A stretch of 64,000 bases of DNA, taken from an uncultured Hyphomicrobiales bacterium. Lineage in GTDB: Bacteria; Pseudomonadota; Alphaproteobacteria; Reyranellales; JAQSWP01. The translations under genes were made by a program, and so were the position numbers. Positions 50,305-58,580 of this stretch are shown piece by piece. A model generated the notes under the pieces. That model did not search any database. It was not told the DNA's origin and saw only the letters and a program-made list of their open reading frames with translations. The stretch covers positions 150,975-214,974 of the forward strand of contig CAYLYK010000004.1 in the NCBI GenBank assembly GCA_964388115.1, written 5' to 3'. Position 1 is the first letter of the stretch, and each line of letters starts with the position of its first letter.

Positions 50305-50523
50305 CTAATAAGGCGAGAGCCGCATGGTGCCGGAGCAGTAGCTTGCCGCTTGAAGAATTGCGTAACCCAGCGATCCTCCGCCTCCCGGCAAATCCTCGCC
50401 CATCATGTAACGCTCAGCGCTCGCGTGCAGACAAGCGCGATACGCGGGGCCGGCATTCGCGGGCCCGATTGCGGCCAGCGTCGCGACCGCAGCGAAAGAC
50501 AGCAACAAGAGCCTGGATTTCAT
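50305..50523 (-). CDS. Small Sec-secreted two-cysteine protein, paralogue B
   Basis: GGAGAG RBS. Signal peptide ending 'ANA'. 'GPAYRACLH...AASYCSGTMRLSPY'. Confidence 0.6.
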   Translation of the reverse strand: MKSRLLLLSFAAVATLAAIGPANAGPAYRACLHASAERYMMGEDLPGGGGSLGYAILQAASYCSGTMRLSPY

Positions 50524-50626
50524 TCGTCTCTCCGAAAATTCAAATCAACGATGAACCACTGACCGTGAATCGCAGAGCGGCAATCACGTCGGCGGATCGC
50601 AACGTCCGATGCCGACGTCCTGCTGG

Positions 50627-50842
50627 CTATACCGGGGAAAGCCGCATGGTGCCGGAGCAATAGCTGGCCGCCTTCAGAATGGCGACGCCGAGCGATCCGC
50701 CGGCAAACATATTGCCGCCCACCGCATAAATCTCGGCGTATTCGTGCAAACAGGCCCGATAGGCCGGCGTGGCATGCGCTGACGTGTTGAGCGCGATAAA
50801 GGCGGGAAATGCGAGCAGAATGGAGAATAGTCTGACTTTCAT
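50627..50842 (-). CDS. Small Sec-secreted two-cysteine protein, paralogue C
   Basis: 'MKVRLFSILLAFPAFIALNTSAHA' signal peptide. 'TPAYRACLHEYAEIY...AASYCSGTMRLSPV'. Start 50842 preferred over 50854. Confidence 0.6.
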   Translation of the reverse strand: MKVRLFSILLAFPAFIALNTSAHATPAYRACLHEYAEIYAVGGNMFAGGSLGVAILKAASYCSGTMRLSPV

Positions 50843-50993
50843 GAACACCCCCATCTAGAGCTAAAGAATATGAGACGAAGGTAGCAGAACACCTGTCCAG
50901 CGCTGGCAACAAGCTCTAGCTGCTAATGAACCTATTATCCCCATTTATATTCGGATCAACTTCGAGGAGGGAGTATGAGGACGGAGGAATGAA

Positions 50994-51980
50994 TTACTTC
51001 TTTTGCTCCCGCTGAATCCGTCGCCAGTTGGCGACGTTGCGGTTGTGTTGTTCCAGCGTCTCGGCGAAGGCGTGGCCGCCGGTGCCGTCGGCGACGAAGA
51101 AGATTTCCTTGCTCTGGATCGGATTGAGCGTGGCTTCGATGGCGGCGCGGCCGGGGTTGGCGATCGGTCCCGGCGGCAGGCCGGCGATCGAATAGGTGTT
51201 GTAGGCCGAGGGCGACTGCACGTCGTTGCGCGTGAGCGTGCGGTCGAGCGGGCCGCTGCCTTTGGTGATGCCGTAGATGGTAGTGGGATCGGATTCCAGC
51301 CGCATCCCCAGGCGCAGGCGATTGATGAACACCGCCGCCACGCGCGGCCGCTCCGACGCCACGCCGGTTTCCTTCTCGACGATGGAGGCGAGCGTCAGCG
51401 CCTCCTCCTTGCTGACCAGCGGCAGGTCCTGCTGCCGCTTGGCCCAGGCGGCGTCGAGCGCCTCGGTCATCGCCTGGCGCATGCGCTGCACCACCGCATC
51501 GCGGCTGTCGCCCAGGCTGTAGTGATAGGTCTCGGGCAGCAGAGTGCCTTCGGCCGGCCGCAGCGAGATGTTGCCTTCCAGCCCCTCGACCTCGCGCACG
51601 ATCTTCAGTACTTCGGCCACGGTCAGGCCTTCAGGGACGGTGAAGCGGCGGATGACGGTGCGGCCCGAGCGCATCTGCTCGATGGCCGACATCACCGTGG
51701 TGCCGGCCTGGAACTCGTATTCGCCGGCGCGCAGCGGACGACGATCCTTCTCCAGACGCAACGCCACGCGGAACAGCAGGTCATCGGCAATCACGCCCTG
51801 CTTTTCCAGCAGCGCGCCGATCTCGCCGCTGCCGGTGCCCTTGGGGACCACGACGACCTTGGGCGCGGTCAGCGGGCCGGGCGCTTCGAGCTGGTGCTGC
51901 AGATAGAAATAGCCGCCGGCCGCCGCGACGGCGGCGCCGACGATCAATGTCAGGAAAAGGCGGAGGACGAAGCGGCCCAA
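50994..51980 (-). CDS. mltG: Endolytic murein transglycosylase MltG (YceG-like)
   Basis: N-terminal TM segment. 'LASIVEKE' catalytic-Glu motif. 'PGPIANPG'. Confidence 0.9.
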   Translation of the reverse strand: MGRFVLRLFLTLIVGAAVAAAGGYFYLQHQLEAPGPLTAPKVVVVPKGTGSGEIGALLEKQGVIADDLLFRVALRLEKDRRPLRAGEYEFQAGTTVMSAIEQMRSGRTVIRRFTVPEGLTVAEVLKIVREVEGLEGNISLRPAEGTLLPETYHYSLGDSRDAVVQRMRQAMTEALDAAWAKRQQDLPLVSKEEALTLASIVEKETGVASERPRVAAVFINRLRLGMRLESDPTTIYGITKGSGPLDRTLTRNDVQSPSAYNTYSIAGLPPGPIANPGRAAIEATLNPIQSKEIFFVADGTGGHAFAETLEQHNRNVANWRRIQREQKK

Positions 51981-51990
51981 CGGCAGCCGC

Positions 51991-53253
51991 TTACGACACG
52001 GCGCCGAAGATCACCGAGGCGTTGGTGCCGCCGAAGCCAAAGGAATTGGACAGCGCGTAACGCACCTTGCGCTCCTTGGCCTTGAGCGGCACCAGATCGA
52101 TGTCGCAGCCTTCCGACGGATCCTCGAGGTTCAAGGTCGGCGGCACGATCTGCTCCTGGATCGACTTGATGGCGAAGATCGCCTCCACCGCGCCCGCCGC
52201 GCCCAGCAGATGGCCGATCGACGACTTGGTCGAGGACATCGACAGCTTGTAGGCGGCATCGGCGAACAGCCGCTTCACCGCGCCCAGCTCGATCTCGTCG
52301 CCCAGAGGCGTCGAGGTGCCGTGCGCGTTGATGTAGTCGATATTGTCGGTGTTGAGCCTGGCGCGCTTGAGCGCCGCCTGCATGGCGCGATAGCCGCCAT
52401 TGCCGTCGCTCGGCGGCGCGGTGATGTGGTAGGCGTCGCCCGACAGGCCGTAGCCGATCACTTCGGCGTAAATCTTGGCGCCACGCTTCTTGGCGTGCTC
52501 GTATTCTTCCAGCACCAGGCAGCCGGCGCCCTCGCCCATCACGAAACCGTCGCGGCCCTTGTCCCAGGGGCGCGAGGCCTTTTCCGGCGTTTCGTTGTAG
52601 CCGGTTGACAGCGCGCGCGCGGCGGCGAAGCCGGCAAGGCCCAAACGGCAGACCGCCGCTTCGGCGCCGCCGCAGACCATGACGTCGGCGTCGTCGAGCT
52701 GGATCAGGCGCATGGCATCGCCCACGGCGTGCGCGCCGGTCGAGCAGGCGGTGACGACGGAATGGTTGGGGCCCTTGAAACCGTATTTGATCGAGACCTG
52801 GCCGGAGCCGAGATTGATCAGGGCGGCCGGGATGAAGAACGGGCTCATGCGACGGGGCCCCTTCTCCTTCAAGGTGATGGAGCCTTCGTAGATCGTCTCA
52901 AGCCCGCCTATCCCCGAGCCGATCAGCACGCCGGTGCGATGGGCCTTCTCGTCGGTGTCGGCCGTCCAGCCCGAATCCTCGACCGCCTGGCTGGCCGCGC
53001 CCATCGCGTAGACGATGAAGCGGTCGACCTTGCGCTGGTCCTTGGGCGGCATGTAGTCGTCGGCGTTGAAACGGCCGGAGGCGGTGTCGCCCAGCGGCAC
53101 CTGGCCCGCGATCTTGGCCGGCAGATCCGACACGTCGAAGGACTGGATGCCGCTGATGCCGGATTCGCCCGCGATCAGGCGCTTCCACGTCGGCTCGACG
53201 CCCGAACCGAGCGGCGTCACCATGCCCATGCCCGTAACGACCACTCGTCTCAT
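51991..53253 (-). CDS. fabF: Beta-ketoacyl-ACP synthase II
   Basis: 'ACSTGAHA' (active Cys), 'NAHGTSTP', 'NSFGFGGTNASV'. Confidence 0.95.
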   Translation of the reverse strand: MRRVVVTGMGMVTPLGSGVEPTWKRLIAGESGISGIQSFDVSDLPAKIAGQVPLGDTASGRFNADDYMPPKDQRKVDRFIVYAMGAASQAVEDSGWTADTDEKAHRTGVLIGSGIGGLETIYEGSITLKEKGPRRMSPFFIPAALINLGSGQVSIKYGFKGPNHSVVTACSTGAHAVGDAMRLIQLDDADVMVCGGAEAAVCRLGLAGFAAARALSTGYNETPEKASRPWDKGRDGFVMGEGAGCLVLEEYEHAKKRGAKIYAEVIGYGLSGDAYHITAPPSDGNGGYRAMQAALKRARLNTDNIDYINAHGTSTPLGDEIELGAVKRLFADAAYKLSMSSTKSSIGHLLGAAGAVEAIFAIKSIQEQIVPPTLNLEDPSEGCDIDLVPLKAKERKVRYALSNSFGFGGTNASVIFGAVS

Positions 53254-53310
53254 GCCGAAAATCCCATCCAGTTTAAGGAGCGAATGCCCGCTTGAGCGGG
53301 CATCCGGAGC

Positions 53311-53547
53311 TTATTTCTGGTGTTCTTCGATGAACTTGATGGCGTCGCCGACGGTGCCGATCTTCTCGGCTGCGTCGTCGGGGATTTCGATGCCGAATTC
53401 CTCTTCGAACGCCATCACGAGTTCGACCGTGTCGAGCGAGTCGGCGCCCAAATCGTCGATAAAGCTGGAGGTCGGGGAGACCGTATCGGCCTCGACGCCG
53501 AGGTGCTCGACGACGATCTTCTTAACGCGGTCGGCAATGTCGCTCAT
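53311..53547 (-). CDS. acpP: Acyl carrier protein
   Basis: '[21 protein letters not shown]' phosphopantetheine-attachment motif. 78 aa. Confidence 0.96.
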   Translation of the reverse strand: MSDIADRVKKIVVEHLGVEADTVSPTSSFIDDLGADSLDTVELVMAFEEEFGIEIPDDAAEKIGTVGDAIKFIEEHQK

Positions 53548-53723
53548 CTTCGCTGATCCTTCGCTTGCAGGATGTTTTTGTCATGGCTGCGGCAGCAGCC
53601 CGTTTTGCTTGTGCACGCCGGCAAAAAAGCGGCGTTTCGTAACACGTTTCCCCAACCTTGACCAGCCAAAGAAACGCCGTAATTCCAACCGGTTGCGGGC
53701 AAGACGTTGCCGCGCACCGGCCT

Positions 53724-54461
53724 TCATATCATGGCCATGCCGCCATTGATGTGCAAGGTCTGCCCGGTCACATAAGCCGCTTCCGCACTTGCGAGATAGA
53801 CCACGCCGGCGGCGATGTCGTCGGGCGTGCCCAGCCGCGCGGTGGGAATGGCGCCCAGCAATTTGCTCTTCTGCTCCTCGGTGAGCGCATCGGTCATCGG
53901 CGTGGCGATGAAGCCCGGCGCCACGCAATTGACGGTAATGCCGCGCGAGGCGACTTCGGCCGCCAGCGACTTGGACATGCCGATCATGCCGGCCTTGGAA
54001 GCGGCGTAGTTGGCCTGGCCGGGATTGCCGGTGACGCCCACGATCGAGGTGATGTTGATCATCCGCCCGAAGCGGCGCTTCATCATCCCGCGCATGGCGG
54101 CGCGACAGAGGCGGAACGTGGCGGTCAGGTTGACGTCGATCACCGCCTGCCAGTCCTCGTCTTTCAAGCGCAGCGCCAGCATGTCGCGCGTCAGCCCTGC
54201 GTTGTTGACGAGAATATCCAGCGATCCCATGCGCGCCTCGGCATCCTTGATCAGCGCATCGGCAGCCCCCGCATCGGAAAGATTGGCGGTGGCGACATGC
54301 ACGCGATCCTTCAATTCGCCGGCCAGCGCTTCCAGCGCCGCAGCGCGCGTGCCGCTCAAGGTCACCTGCGCGCCTTGCGCATGCAGCGCGCGGGCAATGG
54401 CGCCGCCGATGCCGCCCGACGCGCCGGTGACCAGCGCGGACTTGCCTGAAAGATCGAACAT
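53724..54461 (-). CDS. fabG: 3-oxoacyl-ACP reductase
   Basis: 'VTGASGGIGGAIA' and 'YAASKAG'. fab cluster context. Confidence 0.93.
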   Translation of the reverse strand: MFDLSGKSALVTGASGGIGGAIARALHAQGAQVTLSGTRAAALEALAGELKDRVHVATANLSDAGAADALIKDAEARMGSLDILVNNAGLTRDMLALRLKDEDWQAVIDVNLTATFRLCRAAMRGMMKRRFGRMINITSIVGVTGNPGQANYAASKAGMIGMSKSLAAEVASRGITVNCVAPGFIATPMTDALTEEQKSKLLGAIPTARLGTPDDIAAGVVYLASAEAAYVTGQTLHINGGMAMI

Positions 54462-54477
54462 CGCTTCCTCCTGCCCT

Positions 54478-55422
54478 TCAGGCCACGGTCTTCAGAAAAT
54501 TCTCGATATCGGCCGGGCCGTTGATGGCGATGCCCTGCATTTCCTTGTCGATGCGCTTGACCAGCCCGCTCAGCACCTTGCCGGAGCCGACCTCGACCAG
54601 CGTGCCGACATCCTTGCTCTTCATGAAGAGTACCGATTCGCGCCAGCGCACCAGGCCGGTGACCTGCTGCACCAGCAGCTTGCGGATCGTGTCGGGATCG
54701 GAGGTGTCCGACGCCTTGACGTTGGCGATCAGCGGCACGCCGGGCGGCACGAGGGTGACGCTCTGCAGCGCCTGCGCCATCTCGTCGGCGGCCGGCTGCA
54801 TCAGCGGGCAATGGAAGGGCGCGCTGACGGGCAGCAGCATGCCGCGCTTGCAGCCTTTGGCCTTGGCCGCCTCGATGGCGCGATCGACCGCTTCCTTGTG
54901 GCCCGAGATCACCACCTGCCCGCCGCCATTGTCGTTGGCCACCGCGACGATCTGGTTCTGGGCCGCTTCCTTGCAGGCTTCCTGCGCCGGCTCCAGCTCG
55001 ATGCCCAGCAGCGCCGCCATGGCGCCGACGCCCACCGGCACCGCCCGCTGCATCGCCTGGCCGCGCCGCTTCAAAAGCCGCGCCGCATCGGCGATGGTGA
55101 AGGCGCCCGCCGCGCACAGCGCCGAATACTCGCCCAGCGAATGGCCCGCGACATAGGAGGCCATGGCGGAAAGCTTCTTGCCGCTCTCGCTCTCCAGCAC
55201 CCGCACCACGGCGAGACTGACCGCCATCAGGGCGGGCTGCGCGTTCTCGGTCAGCGTCAGGTCCGATTCCGGCCCCTCCTTCATCAGGTGCGAGAGCTTC
55301 TGTTTCAGGGCCTCGTCCACTTCCTCGAAAACCTGGCGGGCGACGGGGAAAGCGGCGGCCAGATCCTGCCCCATACCGACGGCCTGCGAGCCCTGGCCCG
55401 GAAAGACGAATGCGCGTGTCAT
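54478..55422 (-). CDS. fabD: Malonyl CoA-ACP transacylase
   Basis: 'FVFPGQGSQ' and 'GHSLGEYSAL'. Confidence 0.93.
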   Translation of the reverse strand: MTRAFVFPGQGSQAVGMGQDLAAAFPVARQVFEEVDEALKQKLSHLMKEGPESDLTLTENAQPALMAVSLAVVRVLESESGKKLSAMASYVAGHSLGEYSALCAAGAFTIADAARLLKRRGQAMQRAVPVGVGAMAALLGIELEPAQEACKEAAQNQIVAVANDNGGGQVVISGHKEAVDRAIEAAKAKGCKRGMLLPVSAPFHCPLMQPAADEMAQALQSVTLVPPGVPLIANVKASDTSDPDTIRKLLVQQVTGLVRWRESVLFMKSKDVGTLVEVGSGKVLSGLVKRIDKEMQGIAINGPADIENFLKTVA

Positions 55423-55592
55423 CGGATTTTCCTCGGATTCCCGGCCTGACGACCCGGCAGGCTTTCGCTAGATCGTGTGGCCATTGTTCGATTTATGGGG
55501 CAGGAATAGCGGCTTAAATTGGGCCGGGCAAGCCGTCCGGCGTCCATTTACCCCCAGGCCCGGCCTGGGCCCCATCCCGTCCCCCGCCGGGG

Positions 55593-55620
55593 TTGCGCGG
55601 GGGTCTTAAATCTATATAGT
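55593..55620 (+). promoter_or_regulatory. Sigma-70-like promoter candidate for rpsF-rpsR-rplI
   Basis: TTGCGC (55593-55598), 16-nt spacer, TATAGT (55615-55620). About 105 nt upstream of the rpsF ATG. Confidence 0.35.
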
Positions 55621-55724
55621 CCGCGCCCGCTCCTTGCCGGCATTGCCGGCTAGGGCCGATACGCCGTTTGGCGCCGTGGTGGCGCCATCGTCGCCGGCCC
55701 ATATAACAGCCATAAGGAGTTGTT

Positions 55725-56207
55725 ATGCCGTTCTACGAGAACGTGTTTATCGCACGTCAAGACATTGCCGGCCCCCAAGCGGATGCGCTGGCAGACACTT
55801 TCGCAGCCATCATTGAGCAAGGTGGCGGCAAGGTGACCAAGAAGGAAAACTGGGGCCTGCGGTCCCTGGCGTTCCGGATGAAGAAGAACCGGAAGGGCCA
55901 CTACCTTCTCCTCAACATCGACGCCCCGTCGGCGGCCGTGATCGAGATGGAACGCAACATGCGCCTCAACGAGGACGTGCTGCGCTACCTGACCGTGCGG
56001 GTCGACGCCCTCGAAGAGGGCCAGTCGGTCATGCTGCAGAAGCGCGACCGCGACGACCGTGGCGATCGCGGCGACCGCGGCGACCGTGGCGATCGCGGCG
56101 ACCGGCCGCGTCGTGATCGTGGCGACCGTGGCGATCGCGGCGACCGTGGCGGCGAGCGTCCGCGCTTTGCCGATCGCGCCGAAGGCGACAGCGAAGGAGC
56201 CGTCTGA
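55725..56207 (+). CDS. rpsF: 30S ribosomal protein S6 with Arg-Gly-Asp repeat C-terminal tail
   Basis: '[13 protein letters not shown]...[18 protein letters not shown]'. AAGGAG RBS. The tail is '(DRG)n'. Confidence 0.93.
   Translation: MPFYENVFIARQDIAGPQADALADTFAAIIEQGGGKVTKKENWGLRSLAFRMKKNRKGHYLLLNIDAPSAAVIEMERNMRLNEDVLRYLTVRVDALEEGQSVMLQKRDRDDRGDRGDRGDRGDRGDRPRRDRGDRGDRGDRGGERPRFADRAEGDSEGAV
56044..56152 (+). repeat. In-frame 9-bp-period tandem repeat (GGCGAYCGN)n inside rpsF
   Basis: Encodes '[36 protein letters not shown]'. A larger unit GACCGTGGCGATCGCGGCGACCG recurs three times. Confidence 0.8.
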
Positions 56208-56455
56208 TGAGCATGAGCACTGGCGGGGGCCAGCGTCGCCCCTTCATCCGTCGGCGCAAGACCTGTCCGTTCACCGGCGCCAACGCGCCGAAGATCGACT
56301 ACAAGGACGTGCGCCTGCTGGGCCGCTTCATTTCCGAGCGCGGCAAGATCGTGCCCAGCCGCATCACCGCAGTATCGACCAAGAAGCAGCGCGAGCTGGC
56401 CCAGGCCATCAAGCGCGCCCGCTTCCTGGGCCTGCTGCCCTACCTCATCAAGTAA
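56207..56455 (+). CDS. rpsR: 30S ribosomal protein S18
   Basis: '[35 protein letters not shown]'. The ATG shares one nt with the rpsF TGA. Confidence 0.93.
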   Translation: MSMSTGGGQRRPFIRRRKTCPFTGANAPKIDYKDVRLLGRFISERGKIVPSRITAVSTKKQRELAQAIKRARFLGLLPYLIK

Positions 56456-56470
56456 GGCGGGAGAACAGCC

Positions 56471-57151
56471 ATGCATATGGAAGTAGTCCTGCTCGAGCGC
56501 GTGCCGAAACTCGGCCAGATGGGCGACGTGGTCCGCGTCAAGCCCGGCTTCGCGCGCAACTACCTGCTGCCGCGCAAGAAGGCCTTGCGCGCCACCAAGG
56601 AAAACATGGCGTATTTCGAGACGCAGCGTAAGCGTCTGGAGACGACCAATCTGGAGCGCAAGGCCGAAGCGGAGAAGGTTGCCGAGAAGATGAAAGACTT
56701 CTCCGTCACCCTGCTGCGCCAGGCTTCCGAAGCGCTGCAGCTTTACGGCTCGGTCGGCGCCCGCGACATCGCCCAGGCGGCGAGCGAAGCCGGCGTGCAG
56801 ATCAGCCGGCCGCAGGTCAACCTCGACAAGGCCCTCAAGACTCTGGGCCTGCACGAGGTCGAGATCATGCTGCACCCGGAAGTGTCGGTGATGATCAAGG
56901 TCAACGTCGCCCGCTCGGCGGCGGAAGCCGAGTTCCAGGCCCAGGGCGGCGTGCTGGTGGCCGATGCCGTCCGCGCCCAGCAGGAAGCCGAAGAACAGCA
57001 GCGCCTGGCCGAACAGCAGGCCGCCGCTCTGCTCGTCGAGAAGCCCAAGGCCGAGGCGAGCGAGGAAGCAGCCGCTGAGGAGGCTCCGGCCGCCGAGGCT
57101 GCGGCTGAAGAGAAGCCGGCCAAGAAGGCCAAGAAGAAGAAAGAAGCCTGA
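56471..57151 (+). CDS. rplI: 50S ribosomal protein L9 with Ala/Glu/Lys-rich C-terminal extension
   Basis: 'MEVVLLERVPKLGQMGDVVRVKPGFARNYLLPRKKALRAT'. The start could be 56471 or 56477. Confidence 0.9.
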   Translation: MHMEVVLLERVPKLGQMGDVVRVKPGFARNYLLPRKKALRATKENMAYFETQRKRLETTNLERKAEAEKVAEKMKDFSVTLLRQASEALQLYGSVGARDIAQAASEAGVQISRPQVNLDKALKTLGLHEVEIMLHPEVSVMIKVNVARSAAEAEFQAQGGVLVADAVRAQQEAEEQQRLAEQQAAALLVEKPKAEASEEAAAEEAPAAEAAAEEKPAKKAKKKKEA

Positions 57152-57175
57152 TCGGTTTCTTCCGGCAATGATCTG

Positions 57176-57207
57176 CAAAAAGCCCGGCCTCGCGCCGGGC
57201 TTTTTCG
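57176..57207 (+). terminator. Rho-independent terminator of the rpsF operon
   Basis: GCCCGGC-CTCGC-GCCGGGC followed by TTTTT, preceded by an A-run. Confidence 0.7.
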
Positions 57208-57293
57208 TTGGGCCTTTGCGAACCCGCCATCCCGCGCTAGATTCCTGAAAAGCAACGACAAGAGGCGTTTGCCGCGCCCCGGAGTCACGAGCA

Positions 57294-58520
57294 ATGCTGC
57301 TGGCGAAAGTGCTGGGCAAGATACTGCAGGTGGGGACGATCGACATGATCGACCCGCACGGCGTCGCCCATCGCATCGAGGGCCGCAAGCCCGGCCCGCA
57401 TGTCGTGGTCCGCATCCACGACCAGCGCACCGCCCGCCGCCTGCTGACCAACGCCAAGCTGGCTTTGGGCGAAAGCTACATGGATGGCACGCTGACGGTC
57501 GAAAAGGGCGACATCTACGATTTCCTCGACCTGATGGGCCATTCCATCGAGGCTTTCGAGCGCCACCCGGTCAATACGGTGTTCTCGCGCCTGGGCTATT
57601 TGCTGCGCGGCTTGCGCCAGTACAACCCGGTCGGCAAGGCGCAACAGAACGTCGCCCACCACTACGACCTCTCGGGTGCGCTGTACGATCTGTTCCTCGA
57701 CCAGGACCGGCAATATTCCTGCGCCTATTTCCGCAGCCCCGAGGACACGCTCGAGCAGGCGCAGGACCAGAAGAAGAAACACATCGCCGCCAAGCTGATG
57801 ATCAAGCCCGGCCACAAGGTGCTGGATATCGGCTGCGGCTGGGGCGGCATGGGCCTGTACCTCGCCCGCGCTACCGGCGCCGACGTCACCGGCGTCACGC
57901 TTTCGGTCGAGCAGCAGAAAGTGGCGCAGCAACGCGCCGAGCAGGAAGGCTTGGCGGGCCGCGTGCGCTTTGCGCTGCGCGACTATCGCGAGGAGCCGGG
58001 CAAGTACGACCGCATCGTATCGGTCGGCATGTTCGAGCATGTCGGCGCGGGCCATTACGGCGAGTTCTTCAACAAGGTGCGCGATCTTCTGACCGACGAC
58101 GGGGTGATGCTGCTGCATGCCATCGGCCGCATGGAGCCGCCGGGCGGCACCAATCCGTGGCTGCGCAAGTACATCTTCCCCGGCGGCTACACGCCGGCCC
58201 TGTCCGAAGTGCTGACCGCCATCGAGCGCAGCGGGCTGTGGGTGACCGATTGCGAGATATTGCGCCTGCACTACGCCTTCACCTTGCGCGAATGGCGCAA
58301 GCGTTTCCTGGCCAATCGCGACCGCATCAAGGCGCTCTACGACGAGCGCTTCTGCCGCATGTGGGAGTTCTACCTCGCCGCCTGCGAGATGAGCTTCCGC
58401 CACATGCGCCAGATGGTGTTCCAGCTGCAGATCACCCGGCACGAGCAGGCGGTGCCGCTGACCCGCGACTACATGTACGAGGCGGAGCGGGAATATCTTG
58501 CCGTGCGCGCGGCGGAATGA
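57294..58520 (+). CDS. cfa: Cyclopropane-fatty-acyl-phospholipid synthase family methyltransferase
   Basis: 'ESYMDG', 'HYDLSGALYDLFLD', 'VLDIGCGWGG' SAM motif, 'WEFYLAACE'. Confidence 0.88.
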   Translation: MLLAKVLGKILQVGTIDMIDPHGVAHRIEGRKPGPHVVVRIHDQRTARRLLTNAKLALGESYMDGTLTVEKGDIYDFLDLMGHSIEAFERHPVNTVFSRLGYLLRGLRQYNPVGKAQQNVAHHYDLSGALYDLFLDQDRQYSCAYFRSPEDTLEQAQDQKKKHIAAKLMIKPGHKVLDIGCGWGGMGLYLARATGADVTGVTLSVEQQKVAQQRAEQEGLAGRVRFALRDYREEPGKYDRIVSVGMFEHVGAGHYGEFFNKVRDLLTDDGVMLLHAIGRMEPPGGTNPWLRKYIFPGGYTPALSEVLTAIERSGLWVTDCEILRLHYAFTLREWRKRFLANRDRIKALYDERFCRMWEFYLAACEMSFRHMRQMVFQLQITRHEQAVPLTRDYMYEAEREYLAVRAAE

Positions 58521-58580
58521 TCCTATCCCGCCGCAGACACCGACATCGTCCCTGACACTTCTCTCCGATCGGCCAAGCGC

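Noticed and set aside
49909-50562. 217-aa plus-strand ORF (and the 98-aa minus ORF 50001-50297) in the small-gene islet
   Set aside because: No RBS and no signal or family motif. It runs antisense through small-protein gene B, which has an RBS and conserved paralogues. The terminator hairpin lies inside it.
49490-51050. Calling the small-gene islet a mobile element
   Set aside because: Direct repeats and lower GC are suggestive, but there is no integrase, transposase, terminal inverted repeat or tRNA target in the window. It is reported as a finding, not annotated as a mobile_element.
53284-53303. Hairpin ATGCCCGC-TTGA-GCGGGCAT between acpP and fabF as a terminator
   Set aside because: No U-run follows it on the coding (minus) strand. 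It could be a partial attenuator or processing site, but it cannot be supported from sequence alone.
56044-56152. Tandem repeats that might be mistaken for a CRISPR or VNTR locus
   Set aside because: The period is 9 bp, in frame within rpsF, with no spacers. It is a coding low-complexity repeat.
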